The notes under the pieces: generated by a model
What the model was told of the DNA's origin: nothing
The model's input: the letters and a program-made list of their open reading frames with translations, nothing else
Databases searched by the model: none
Made by a program: the position numbers and the translations under genes
Part shown: in pieces, positions 20,801-27,398 of the stretch
How the letters are laid out: every line of letters begins with the position of its first letter
Numbering within the stretch: the first letter of the stretch is position 1
Assembly (NCBI RefSeq): GCF_029504745.1
Contig: NZ_JAQFIQ010000028.1
Coordinates: 369 to 32,368, forward strand
Length of the DNA: 32,000 bases
Origin: Breznakia sp. PF5-3
GTDB lineage: Bacteria > Bacillota_I > Bacilli_A > Erysipelotrichales > Erysipelotrichaceae
Reading direction: 5' to 3'

Positions 20801-23403
20801 TGATAATCTTTTGTTGCTACTGGATTTTTATTTCCATTTGCATCTGTTAGGAAAATTTGAACTACATCATTTTCTTTTAATGTTGTTCCTGCAGGGAATG
20901 TATAATTCCAAGTATTATCATCATTAATTGTTCCTTCATTCCCCATTTCAACGCCGTTTAAAGTAACTGTTAATTTTACTGGCTTATCATTATTATGAAT
21001 AGCATCCAATTCCCATGTTCCTTCTAGCTTATTTCCATTTGTATATAATGTGTTTGTTACTGTTACTGGTAATGGAGGTGTTACATCACTTACCGTAACC
21101 TTGCCCACTAAAATATCTTCTGCATTCGCAACATGACGCTTTGAAGAAGTTGGATCTTCATCTCCACGCCAAGCTTCCAACACTTCATATGTTGAACCTG
21201 GTGTTAAAAATTCATTTAATGGAACTGTATACATCCCACCACGAGGTTCTTCACCATATACTGCTAATCCTGGATTATCATTATCTTTACCAATCGTTTT
21301 GGCATAATATGTATTTTGTGTTCCATCTGCTTTTACTTCTAAAATTTTCACATACACTTCATCTGTCCATGCATCCCTACCATTAAGATCTAAACCTTCT
21401 GGTACTCTTGCATGACCAAAAATACTCTTATCCGCATTTTCTGGGTTTCTCAACTCATCAATTATTGGTGTTGCATTATTTCCACTAATACGTGTATATC
21501 CTGCCATTCCTGTACTACCAAATGATGCTGCACCACTATTGAAGTCAGGATCTGATGAATTTGCTATTGTAGTAAAGTTTTGACCCGTTAAACTATAGTC
21601 AATTAAAACCCAACTTTTCCATGGGTTACCATCTACATTAGCTCCTTTTTTCCACACAGCTACATCTGAATTAATAGATTCTAGCTTTGAAGTTGATCCA
21701 TTTGTTGTTCTAAATACACTTCCTCCACCAGAACGGTTGTTTACAAAGTCATAATACAAAATATTTTCGGCATGAAAATCTAGATTTCTACCATTAATTA
21801 CTGCTGCATCAGCTCCTGCTGTATTACCTTCAACAATAAAGATTGCTCCATTTGTTGCATTAATGGTTGCATCAGAAGCATCCATATCCAAAGCACATCC
21901 ATTTTCTGCAATAATTGATATTGCACTATTTTTACCATCTACTGAAAACGATGCAGATGATGCTGATTGATATTGAATAGCTTGGTTTCTTGCATCTGAG
22001 TTTCCATCCCTTGGTGTTCCATCACCTGCATTTTGAACTAATACCTGACTACCACCAGATACCTTAAATGCATTTCCATCTCCAAAGAAACGAATCGCTG
22101 GTGCGCGACTTCCTTCTTCTTTAACTATCTTTACATTCGCTTGATTTGTTACATTAAAAGTTTGGTTACCAACATATCTAAATCGAATTGTTGCACCATA
22201 GGTATTATGACCATCTTTTGAGTATAAATTCAAATTTGATCCAGCACCATCTACGTTAAATTCTCCGCCTCCAGTAACCTGTTGAATAAGAGCTGGCATT
22301 GCTCCTTTACTGTTAACCGTTAAGCTTGAGCCTGAATTTACATAAATCCCTGATGCTTCATTTCCGGCAATCGTTGAACCACAAATAACAACAACTCCAC
22401 CATCATCTCCACTTGAAGATCCTGTTGATTCAATATTTACATGAGAATTATCTTCCACTTTAAATTGAACTCTATTTTGAGTAGTTGAACTTGAATTATT
22501 ATTAGCAAAAATTGCTTGTTCAGTACCTGTATTTATATTTAATGTTGAACCTCCTAATACCTCTAAACCTGTTACTGCTTTTGTACTTGCTACAGGATTT
22601 AGACGAATAAGTCCTGCACCAGTATTAGTACTCAAGTTTACAGTAGCTCCATCTTTAATATATATATAACGTGTATAAATCATTTCATTATAAGTACTTG
22701 TTGGCATTAGCCAATTCACTGTACCTGTAAAGTTAATAACACTGTTTCTTGCCGTTACTAACCTACTGTCACTACTTGATCCATTACTAACATTATGGAA
22801 ATTAATATTCCAGTTAGCATCATCGGTTTCTGCAGCAACAACATAATTTGCTCCACTTCTTTGAATCACAATATTTGATAACGTAAATTGTGATGGCGTT
22901 GACGCCGTTGCTAACACGAAACTATTTCTTGTAACGGTTGTAAAATCTAGAGTGAACCCATTACCATCTATTATCAAATTACGATTGACTTCAGGCAAAT
23001 CATTTGCTGATGCCGTACTACCATCTCTGGTAATATGTTTCGTAAATTTAATATGAGAAACATTGCTATCGCTCATAGCAGCTTTTAAAGTAGTCCAATC
23101 GCTTACTTCAACTGTTGCTGCTCTTGGTTTCGCGTCAAAAGTAGAAACATCCTGTGGAGGCGTTTCTTCTTGTTCTGTTTCTTCACTTGTATCTTCTTCT
23201 TGAGGCTCTTCTTCAACCTCTGAAGGCTCTTCTACCTCTTCTTCTGGACTGACATCTTCTGTTATGACATCATCTGCATCAGCAGTTAATAACACATCGC
23301 CGACTAAAGATGATACACCTAAAGACGTAAATGTCAGTAAAAAACAAAGCATAACTGTGAACAGTGTTTTCTGTTTTTTCCAGAAATTCTTCTTTTTACT
23401 CAT
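8878..23403 (-). CDS. Giant (4841 aa) repetitive cell-surface adhesin: signal peptide, acidic spacer, pectate-lyase-like beta-helix, Ig-like domains, six repeat modules, C-terminal TTGD + TM + KRKK anchor
   Basis: Single uninterrupted ORF with a strong SD (AGGAGGAGGG). N-terminal signal peptide (TLFTVMLCFLLTFTSLGVSSLVG). E/P/T-rich acidic stretch. Beta-helix region. Six DUF5011-like Ig domains (APVLTVNPEFMSLNIGDAYDYKHGVSAYDEEDKDITSKV...GMYVVEYSVTDSDYN). About thirty ~88-aa repeats (my hand count). C-terminal VTTGDDTNLNSLFAMGIISFMSVIYLVKRKKEEEE. Confidence 0.9.
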   Translation of the reverse strand: MSKKKNFWKKQKTLFTVMLCFLLTFTSLGVSSLVGDVLLTADADDVITEDVSPEEEVEEPSEVEEEPQEEDTSEETEQEETPPQDVSTFDAKPRAATVEVSDWTTLKAAMSDSNVSHIKFTKHITRDGSTASANDLPEVNRNLIIDGNGFTLDFTTVTRNSFVLATASTPSQFTLSNIVIQRSGANYVVAAETDDANWNINFHNVSNGSSSDSRLVTARNSVINFTGTVNWLMPTSTYNEMIYTRYIYIKDGATVNLSTNTGAGLIRLNPVASTKAVTGLEVLGGSTLNINTGTEQAIFANNNSSSTTQNRVQFKVEDNSHVNIESTGSSSGDDGGVVVICGSTIAGNEASGIYVNSGSSLTVNSKGAMPALIQQVTGGGEFNVDGAGSNLNLYSKDGHNTYGATIRFRYVGNQTFNVTNQANVKIVKEEGSRAPAIRFFGDGNAFKVSGGSQVLVQNAGDGTPRDGNSDARNQAIQYQSASSASFSVDGKNSAISIIAENGCALDMDASDATINATNGAIFIVEGNTAGADAAVINGRNLDFHAENILYYDFVNNRSGGGSVFRTTNGSTSKLESINSDVAVWKKGANVDGNPWKSWVLIDYSLTGQNFTTIANSSDPDFNSGAASFGSTGMAGYTRISGNNATPIIDELRNPENADKSIFGHARVPEGLDLNGRDAWTDEVYVKILEVKADGTQNTYYAKTIGKDNDNPGLAVYGEEPRGGMYTVPLNEFLTPGSTYEVLEAWRGDEDPTSSKRHVANAEDILVGKVTVSDVTPPLPVTVTNTLYTNGNKLEGTWELDAIHNNDKPVKLTVTLNGVEMGNEGTINDDNTWNYTFPAGTTLKENDVVQIFLTDANGNKNPVATKDYHDATFKAATKVIVQKVLYTISANDVIIGLDNAKLVVDDQDFINLAKAKAIDTSLGTETPVKVKSKGGYKAEAGEYKVVFSVGKEETITKEVTFEVLPYDVVEVNDEYIIGANHIEIRLGEAKKIEDNATYAATELKSLTGAKGWKRSDRSEVAVSLDTHTVKGVASLYKATFKVDADPSVKATVDVNVINGKAPVLTVNPEFMSLNIGDAYDYKHGVSAYDEEDKDITSKVISTGTVDTSKKGMYVVEYSVTDSDYNTVKKSRVVAVGLYVGKDYAYDLHNYVILKDDVTGTDAEILEKTEAKAWSIATGLPIPSADLMVKDNGGYKAEVKDYEVVIKVKAATDPKDEVKAIAKVVDGDVIKEGDKYTLVASNIVMTVDEAKAMTDNSELVKKAKAEAWKLEDLSKGTVKLETTNFTAAKGDYTATFYVDEEKATKVTVKIKVIDKDVIEHGDKYTIGANNLVMTLDEAKAISDNTKLIELSKAEAFKRKDMSAGTVKLETTNFKAAEGDYTATFYVDEEKATKVTIKIKVKDGNVIEHGDKYTLVANNLVMTLDEAKAISDNTKLIELSKAEAFKRKDMSAGTVKLETTNFTAAKGDYTAIFYVDEEKATKATIKIKVIDKHVIETGSKYTIGANNLVMNVEQAKAITDNTKLIELSKAVAINRDDMSAGTVKLETTDFKAAEGTYTATFYVDEEKDTKATITIKVMKKDELTSEDHYAIGANNITITRSQAENYTNDNLINWGNAEGWKVKDFSTVAVEVKEANIGTDTTSTDYYVVYQVKEHPSTTVKVKVTVINGNAPVLTVNPEFMSLNIGDAYDYKHGVSAYDEEDKDITSKVISTGTVDTSKKGMYVVEYSVTDSDYNTVKKSRVVAVGLYVGKDYAYDLHNYVILKDDVTGTDAEILEKTEVEAWSTKTGLKLAQSEIMVKDNGGYKAEVKDYEVVIKAKAATDPKDEVKAIAKVVDGDVIKEGDKYTLVASNIVMTVDEAKAMTDNNELVKKAKAEAWKLEDLSKGTVKLETTNFTAAKGDYTATFYVDEEKATKVTVKIKVIDKDVIEHGDKYTIGANNLVMTLDEAKAVSDNTKLIELSKAEAFKRKDMSAGTVKLEATNFTAAKGDYTATFYVDEEKATKATIKIKVIDKDVIEHGDEYTIGANNLVMTLDEAKAISDNTKLIELSKAEAFKRKDMSAGTVKLETTNFTAAKGDYTATFYVDEEKATKVTVKIKVIDKDVIEHGDKYTIGANNIEITRSVAESITNDQLIDLTKAEAFKRKDMSAGTVKVKTHNVEGTVGTYYVTFYVAEEPATEVRVAVKVVNGNAPVLTVNPEFMSLNIGDVYDYKHGVSAYDEEDKDITSKVISTGTVDTSKKGMYVVEYSVTDSDYNTVKKSRVVAVGLYVGKDYAYDLHNYVILKDDVTGTDAEILEKTEAKAWSIATGLPIPSADLMVKDNGGYKAEVKDYEVVIKVKAATDPKDEVKAIAKVVDGDVIKEGDKYTLVASNIVMTVDEAKAMTDNSELVKKAKAEAWKLEDLSKGTVKLETTNFTAAKGDYTATFYVDEEKATKVTVKIKVIDKDVIEHGDKYTIGANNLVMTLDEAKAISDNTKLIELSKAEAFKRKDMSAGTVKLETTNFKAAEGDYTATFYVDEEKATKVTIKIKVKDGNVIEHGDKYTLVANNLVMTLDEAKAISDNTKLIELSKAEAFKRKDMSAGTVKLETTNFTAAKGDYTATFYVDEEKATKATIKIKVIDKHVIETGSKYTIGANNLVMNVEQAKAITDNTKLIELSKAVAINRDDMSAGTVKLETTDFKAAEGTYTATFYVDEEKATKATITIKVMKKDELTSEEHYAIGANNITITRSQAENYTNNNLIDWGNAEGWKVKDFSTVAVEVKEANIGTDTTSTSYYAIFQVKENPSTTVKVKVTVINGNAPVLTVNPEFMSLNIGDAYDYKYGVSAYDEEDKDITSKVISTGTVDTSKKGMYVVEYSVTDSDYNIVKKSRVVAVGLYVGKDYAYDLHNYVILKDDVTGTDAEILEKTEVEAWSTKTGLKLAQSEIMVKDNGGYKAEVKDYEVVIKAKAATDPKDEVKAIAKVVDGDVIKEGDKYTLVASNIVMTVDEAKAMTDNSELVGKAKAEAWKLEDLSKGTVKLETTNFAAAKGDYTATFYVDEEKATKATIKIKVIDKDVIEHGDKYTIGANNLVMTLDEAKAISDNTKLIELSKAEAFKRKDMSAGTVKLETTNFTAAKGDYTATFYVDEEKATKATIKIKVIDKDVIEHGDKYTIGANNIEITRSVAESITNDQLIDLTKAEAFKRKDMSVGTVKVKTHNVEGTVGTYYVTFYVAEEPATEVRVSVKVVNGNAPVLTVNPEFMSLNIGDTYDYKHGVSAYDEEDKDITSKVISTGTVDTSKKGMYVVEYSVTDSDYNTVKKSRVVAVGLYVGKDYAYDLHNYVILKDDVTGTDAEILEKTEAKAWSIATGLPVPSADLMVKDNGGYKAEVKDYEVVIKVKAATDPKDEVKAIAKVVDGDVIKEGDKYTLVASNIVMTVDEAKAVSDNTKLIELSKAEAWKLEDLSKGTVKLETTNFTAAKGDYTATFYVDEEKATKVTVKIKVIDKDVIEHGDKYTIGANNLVMTLDEAKAVSDNTKLIELSKAEAFKRKDMSAGTVKLETTNFKAAEGDYTATFYVDEEKATKVTIKIKVKDGNVIEHGDEYTIVANNLVMTLDEAKAVSDNTKLIELSKAEAFKRKDMSVGTVKLETTNFKAANGDYTATFYVDEEKATKAAIKIKVIDKDVIEHGDKYTIGANNLVMTVDEAKAITDNTKLIELSKAVAINRDDMSAGTVKLETTNFTAAKGDYTATFYVDEEKDTKATIKIKVIDKDVIEHGDKYTIGANNIEITRSVAESITNDQLIDLTKAEAFKRKDMSAGTVKVKTHNVEGTVGTYYVTFYVAEEPATEVRVAVKVVNGNAPVLTVNPEFMSLNIGDAYDYKHGVSAYDEEDKDITSKVISTGTVDTSKKGMYVVEYSVTDSDYNTVKKSRVVAVGLYVGKDYAYDLHNYVILKDDVTGTDAEILEKTEAKAWSIATGLPVPSADLMVKDNGGYKAEVKDYEVVIKVKAATDPKDEVKAIAKVVDGDVIKEGDKYTLVASNIVMTVDEAKAMTDNSELVKKAKAEAWKLEDLSKGTVKLETTNFTAAKGDYTATFYVDEEKATKVTVKIKVIDKDVIEHGDKYTIGANNLVMTLDEAKAISDNTKLIELSKAEAFKRKDMSAGTVKLETTDFTAAKGDYTATFYVDEEKATKVTIKIKVKDGNVIEHGDKYTLVANNLVMTLDEAKAISDNTKLIELSKAEAFKRKDMSVGTVKLETTNFTAAKGNYTATFYVDEEKDTKATIKIKVIDKDVIEHGDKYTIGANNLVMTLDEAKAITDNTKLIELSKAVAINRDDMSAGTVKLETTNFTAAKGDYTATFYVDEEKATKATIKIKVIDKDVIEHGDEYTIGANNLVMTLDEAKAISDNTKLIELSKAEAFKRKDMSAGTVKLETTNFKAAKGDYTATFYVDEEKATKATIKIKVIDKDVIEHGDEYTIGANNLVMTLEEAEAIKNNNELIKLSKAEAFKRKDMSAGTVKLETTNFKAAEGDYTATFYVDEEKDTKATIKIKVKDGNVIEHGDEYTIVANNLVMTLAEAEAISDNTKLIELSKAEAFKRKDMSAGTVKLETTDFKAAEGDYTATFYVDEEKDTKATIKIKVKAKDVIVKGDKYYIGANHITINSHTAETITNDQLIALTEAEAWLKKDLSSAKVEVESHNVIGEAGVYQVTFHVVKEPTTKVTVNVNVTKTALDITAKDFTISHAEASNMNEAKVLELSEADVIINSKTRALAPTKESIAVHQEHLRVVKGSTILGGVYDVKLSVEHEGVEYATVIKVTVTPGRKPSVTPPTVSKPSTAVTTGDDTNLNSLFAMGIISFMSVIYLVKRKKEEEE
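13705..16818 (-). repeat. Super-repeat copy 2 (3114 nt: modules 3+4; one 264-nt unit shorter than copy 1)
   Basis: 16816-13702 = 3114 = 3378-264. Module 4 has three 88-aa units where module 2 has four. Confidence 0.8.
16819..20196 (-). repeat. Super-repeat copy 1 (3378 nt: modules 1+2)
   Basis: Offset of exactly 3378 nt to copy 2. Antisense ORF translations at 18761/15383, 19064/15686, 19289/15911 and 19586/16208 are letter-for-letter identical. DNA at 19579 onward matches 16201 onward by eye. Confidence 0.85.
21465..23121 (-). other. N-terminal pectate-lyase-like (right-handed beta-helix) adhesive domain of the giant protein
   Basis: VSDWTTLKAAMSDSNVSHIKFTKHI...NRNLIIDGNGFTLDF opening followed by many short G/N/S/T-rich rungs (VNLSTNTGAG, LNINTGTEQA, VNIESTGSSSG, LTVNSKGA, FNVDGAGSN...). 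The pattern matches adhesive beta-helix domains of Firmicute surface proteins, but the family is assigned by eye only. Confidence 0.55.
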
Positions 23404-23484
23404 TTAATACCCTCCTCCTATTGGCTTTTATTCAAGCAAATATCACACATATGAAAAATCAATTTTCATAATGAGTATCGGTAA

Positions 23485-23511
23485 GACGCATAAGTCAAAA
23501 TTCAGGTTCAT
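23485..23511 (-). promoter_or_regulatory. ECF-type promoter P2 (ATGAAC-N17-CGTC) upstream of the giant adhesin gene
   Basis: Minus strand: ATGAAC ctgaattttgacttatg CGTC ttac. It starts 25 nt after the stop of the LRR gene and lies ~81 nt before the adhesin ATG. Near-identical to P1 across TGACTTAwGCGTCwTAC. Confidence 0.65.
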
Positions 23512-23535
23512 TATTTTTTAAAAAAATTGAAAAAT

Positions 23536-26211
23536 TTATTGTAAACCTTCAAGATTGCGTTTTTTCCAAAATTTGCATAATAAACAGCCACTTAAACTAA
23601 GTAAAAATAAATTGAATTCTATCCTTTCACCATGTCTATCTCCTGCGGAAACAACTGCCTTGCTAAGGGTTTCATTCTCACTTTGCATTGACTTGCTTTT
23701 TCCACCAGCGATACTCATAGCATTCTTCGCATCAACAACCACCTCTACAGAAAGTTCACCTTCTATAGAATTCCCTGAATAGTCTTGTGCGATCGCTGAA
23801 AAAGTTAACTTAAAGACACCTCCTTCTATGTTGACTTCATTTATTTTTTTTAGTTGTTTTTCATTTACTTTTATAATATTGTCATTACTTTTTTCGTCCA
23901 GTTTATGATATATCTTAATTTCCGCTTCCCCAATAGCATCTTCTGCTTGTAAAGCTTTCGCTTCATCATACGTCAGATGTATATTTCTACCTGAAATTAT
24001 CATTTCCTCATTTGGTCCAATTGGATATGTATTATTACCATAAACGGTTACTGTAACTTTTTTACTTACTTCATAGTTGTTTGCTTTTATTGTATATAGC
24101 AGTTCAAACACACCACCTTGTGATGATACATTTTTAATCTGCTGCCATTGTTCTTCATGTATGCCAATACTACTACCAACATCAGCAAATCCACTTATTT
24201 GTCCATCGGTTGTTCGTTTCATCAAAAATGAGCGAACGTTAGATTTACTTATTGCTTGACTCTTTGTTAAGCTTTGCACTTCATCATATGTAAATTGCAG
24301 ATTATCTGCACCAATTACTAGATTTGATAAACTATCCATAACACTATTTCTATTTGTTATTAATACTTGAATTGTTTTTGTTCCTTTTTTACCATCCTTA
24401 TTTATTGCTTCATAATTAACATCATAGATTCCAATAGCATTAAATTCTGCATTCCCATTCTTAAGTGCATAATGAATATCATCATAATCAATTGCTTGTT
24501 TTATTGGTTCTGCACCAATAGTATCCTGTGCCTTTAACCAATATGCATCCACACGATTTCGAATACTATAATCTATATTCGTATTTCCCAGTTCATATTT
24601 TTGTGGTTTCGCAAGAATTACAGGCTGACCATGAACTTTTATTTTTCTTTGATATGTTGCACTATAGCCTTCTGTATCTTCGATTGAATAGGTCACTTGA
24701 TAAGTCCCTGCTTTTTTATTGTTAATATTCGTAGATGCAACCTCAACATCACTTGTAATATCATTTCCTAAGATATCGTATGCTTTCACATCTTTCATCA
24801 AATCATATGTATCGCCTACGTATAATTCTATGTCATTTGCTGTAAAGCTTGGTTCTTCCCACCAAATAATCGGTTGGGTTACTTCTCCAACATACCATGT
24901 ATCATCACCAAAATAATTTAATGAATATTGATAAACATCATCGGCAGTTGGATCTAGTGTTAATTCAATTGATTCATATGTTTGTCCATCTATTGTCATT
25001 GGAATTGTATTCCCATAACGATCTTTCACAATTGATGTAACTATAACCTTTCCAGTTGCTTTATCACCAATTAATGAAGTCTCATTTGTATAGCGTTGAC
25101 CCTGATTATTGTTTGGATCTTGATATGGATCTGCATCAGAATTATGTCTTACATAAACAACAGCAGAAACATTCGCTAACGCTGATAAATCCGTAACATG
25201 ATTGTTATTAAGCCAAATTGCTGCATTTCCATTTGTAGTAATTGTTGCTAATGGTGATATATCCGTAATATTGTTATTAGATAACTGCAATATATTAATC
25301 TTTGTAAGATTTGATAAAGGCGTGATATCGGTAATATTGTTATGATTTAATATAAGTCGCTTAGCATCTGTATAATGTTCAAAAATACTAATATCTGTAA
25401 TATTGTTATTTTGAAAATGAAATACTACTTCTGGAATACAATCTGTTATTGGCAAAGTATTTAAATCATCATCATCAATGCCATTATTATTAAACATAAT
25501 TTGCTCATCCAAATTTGGAAACCTAGAAGCTGTTAAAATTGAAAAATCATGAATCTCATTGGTTCCTGTGTTCCAATTATTAAATTCCATCTGAGATAAA
25601 TATGGATAAACAGTATTGCGCATTGGCTCTAAACTTTTAATATTGTGATCATTCAAATAAATATAACGTAGTGAAGTCATATACTCAATCCCTTGAAGAT
25701 CACGAATACGTTTAGTAGGATTATTTTCAATATAATAAATACTATCTACCTGTCCCAAATCCTCGATTGTGAAATTGCTATCTAAACCCTTTTCAAACAC
25801 TAGGTAATTATAAAAGTTAATATCTGGAACAAGATCAATCCCTGTAGCAGCACGAGTAGAAATTTGCTTTTGGATTTCTGTAATTTGAATTTCTTGTGTT
25901 GCCTTAGTTACCTTATTATCCATTTCATAAGTAATTGTTAAAGTATATACACCATTTTCTTCAATGATAATAGTAGGATCATTTATATCTAAAATAGTAT
26001 CTTCAAATACAAGTTCACGAATTCCATATGTTTGTATTGCTTCTTTCGAGATGTTAATCTTAGCTCTTTGATTATGCAACTCATAGAAAGTAGTATATGT
26101 TAACGTAAAATTCTCATCTGCATCAGCTTCATTTAAAAGTACAAAACAACTAATTAGTAAATATGAAAACACGATACATATAAATTTTACAAAATTTTGT
26201 TTATACCTCAT
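23536..26211 (-). CDS. Internalin-like LRR surface protein with Ig-like (DUF5011-type) domains, two copies of the adhesin-type ~88-aa repeat fold, and a C-terminal SAGD + TM + basic tail
   Basis: Start taken at ATG 26211 (MRYKQNFVKFICIVFSYLLISCFVLLNEADA; signal peptide, possible LISC lipobox). 22-residue LRRs (NNITDITPLSNLTKINILQLSNNNITDISPLATI...NNNHVTDLSALANV). DUF5011-like FTANDIELYVGDTYDLMKDVKAYDILGNDITSDV...GTYQVTYSIEDTEGY. C-terminal LFLLSLSGCLLCKFWKKRN. Confidence 0.75.
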   Translation of the reverse strand: MRYKQNFVKFICIVFSYLLISCFVLLNEADADENFTLTYTTFYELHNQRAKINISKEAIQTYGIRELVFEDTILDINDPTIIIEENGVYTLTITYEMDNKVTKATQEIQITEIQKQISTRAATGIDLVPDINFYNYLVFEKGLDSNFTIEDLGQVDSIYYIENNPTKRIRDLQGIEYMTSLRYIYLNDHNIKSLEPMRNTVYPYLSQMEFNNWNTGTNEIHDFSILTASRFPNLDEQIMFNNNGIDDDDLNTLPITDCIPEVVFHFQNNNITDISIFEHYTDAKRLILNHNNITDITPLSNLTKINILQLSNNNITDISPLATITTNGNAAIWLNNNHVTDLSALANVSAVVYVRHNSDADPYQDPNNNQGQRYTNETSLIGDKATGKVIVTSIVKDRYGNTIPMTIDGQTYESIELTLDPTADDVYQYSLNYFGDDTWYVGEVTQPIIWWEEPSFTANDIELYVGDTYDLMKDVKAYDILGNDITSDVEVASTNINNKKAGTYQVTYSIEDTEGYSATYQRKIKVHGQPVILAKPQKYELGNTNIDYSIRNRVDAYWLKAQDTIGAEPIKQAIDYDDIHYALKNGNAEFNAIGIYDVNYEAINKDGKKGTKTIQVLITNRNSVMDSLSNLVIGADNLQFTYDEVQSLTKSQAISKSNVRSFLMKRTTDGQISGFADVGSSIGIHEEQWQQIKNVSSQGGVFELLYTIKANNYEVSKKVTVTVYGNNTYPIGPNEEMIISGRNIHLTYDEAKALQAEDAIGEAEIKIYHKLDEKSNDNIIKVNEKQLKKINEVNIEGGVFKLTFSAIAQDYSGNSIEGELSVEVVVDAKNAMSIAGGKSKSMQSENETLSKAVVSAGDRHGERIEFNLFLLSLSGCLLCKFWKKRNLEGLQ

Positions 26212-27391
26212 TACGCACAACCTTCTTTCTCTTTTGATAGTATAGATAAATAAGTACAATCAATAATGATATAATAAATGGAATTGCACTAATCAACAGT
26301 TTGAATGGAAAAGATTTTTCGGCATTAATTTTAAGTTTAGTAAAAAAATCAATATAGAATCTCTCAGGCGAAGAAACTATTTTACTATCATATTCTGTGT
26401 ATATACTTCCTTCAATGATTTTATCCACACGATAGGATAATCCTGATTTTGATATTTCATCCTTTTGGTACAATGCATACACAACTGTATCCTCTGTGAT
26501 ATCATGCAAATCTTCCGACCACCCTAAAAATGTATTATTATTTTTCTTCGGTCCTGCAATGGCTTCACCATCATCTCCATAATTTACAAAAGTTTGATAA
26601 TAAAGTTCATTATCTACATAATATGAAACACGATATTGCTTAATCACAAATGTAGCATATAAATTCATTGATTTTTTTATCTTTTCGCCATTATAAAAAA
26701 AACCTTTTCCATCTAACTGTGTATTAAAGCCAAGAAAACGATATCCTTTTTTCGAAACAAGTGGAGTATCTACTACTTGATTATTTTTCACCTTTATTTG
26801 TTTCAACAATATCGTTCCATCATAGAAATTAACTGTATGAGTTGTATTATTGAATCCAAACTTTCCTCGAAACGCATGTTCATAGGTTTCGCTTTTATCA
26901 CCCATGGTAATTTCACTAGATAATATTTTCATATCTACACTGATTTTATCTCGTGAAGACCCGATTGTCATAACTTCTAAATCATAAGTTGTTTTCGTAC
27001 TATTTAAAGCAATCGCTTTTCCATTATTGAGATAAGAAGTATATTCATCCTGTGAAGCATTACGACCATTAATTTTTAATACTCCCTTATAATAATCTTT
27101 AAATTTGATACCTTCTTTTTCTATAAATAAAATTTTAGAGTCAACCACTCCTGAATGATTCACTACATTCATTGTAATTTTAACAGTTGATCCATAAGGA
27201 ACATCTGTAGTACTCTCTAGGCTATATGCCTGTCCTGAAGCAGATATTACTTTAGCACTTGAAGATAGTGACAAATCAAAGTAAACCTCTTTTGCTTCCA
27301 CGCTAAAAATACCAGTGAGTAAACTAAACACCACTGATATCGTTAACACTGCAAATGTTACTACCTTTCTTATTGTCCCTGTCTTATTCAT
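26201..27391 (-). CDS. Membrane protein with two Listeria-Bacteroides (Flg_new / InlB B-repeat type) repeats and a C-terminal TM anchor
   Basis: Start taken at ATG 27391, 7 nt after the sigma gene stop; the track start is a TTG at 27409. Signal peptide MNKTGTIRKVVTFAVLTISVVFSLLTGIFSVEA|K. Repeats HTVNFYDG...KKGYRFLGFNT...MNLYATF and YRVSYYVDN...NNTFLGWSED...TVVYALY. C-terminal LISAIPFIISLLIVLIYLYYQKRKK. Its last 11 nt overlap the next gene start. Confidence 0.7.
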   Translation of the reverse strand: MNKTGTIRKVVTFAVLTISVVFSLLTGIFSVEAKEVYFDLSLSSSAKVISASGQAYSLESTTDVPYGSTVKITMNVVNHSGVVDSKILFIEKEGIKFKDYYKGVLKINGRNASQDEYTSYLNNGKAIALNSTKTTYDLEVMTIGSSRDKISVDMKILSSEITMGDKSETYEHAFRGKFGFNNTTHTVNFYDGTILLKQIKVKNNQVVDTPLVSKKGYRFLGFNTQLDGKGFFYNGEKIKKSMNLYATFVIKQYRVSYYVDNELYYQTFVNYGDDGEAIAGPKKNNNTFLGWSEDLHDITEDTVVYALYQKDEISKSGLSYRVDKIIEGSIYTEYDSKIVSSPERFYIDFFTKLKINAEKSFPFKLLISAIPFIISLLIVLIYLYYQKRKKVVRNEV

Positions 27392-27398
27392 ATTCGCC

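Noticed and set aside
9526-21386. Dozens of plus-strand ORFs of 60-164 aa (MKFVVSSFTVPALISLRLNASAFDNS..., MLRSSNFHASAF..., MCFHFYCSC...) recurring periodically
   Set aside because: They are antisense to the 14.5-kb adhesin ORF and repeat only because the sense repeats do. They have Ser/Phe/Cys-rich nonsense composition and no SD sequences. The sense ORF, by contrast, has a strong SD, a signal peptide, recognisable domains and an anchor.
23450-23472. ATGAAAA-atcaa-TTTTCAT hairpin in the adhesin 5' UTR
   Set aside because: The stem is only 7 A/T base pairs, which is too weak to call a regulatory structure without comparative support.
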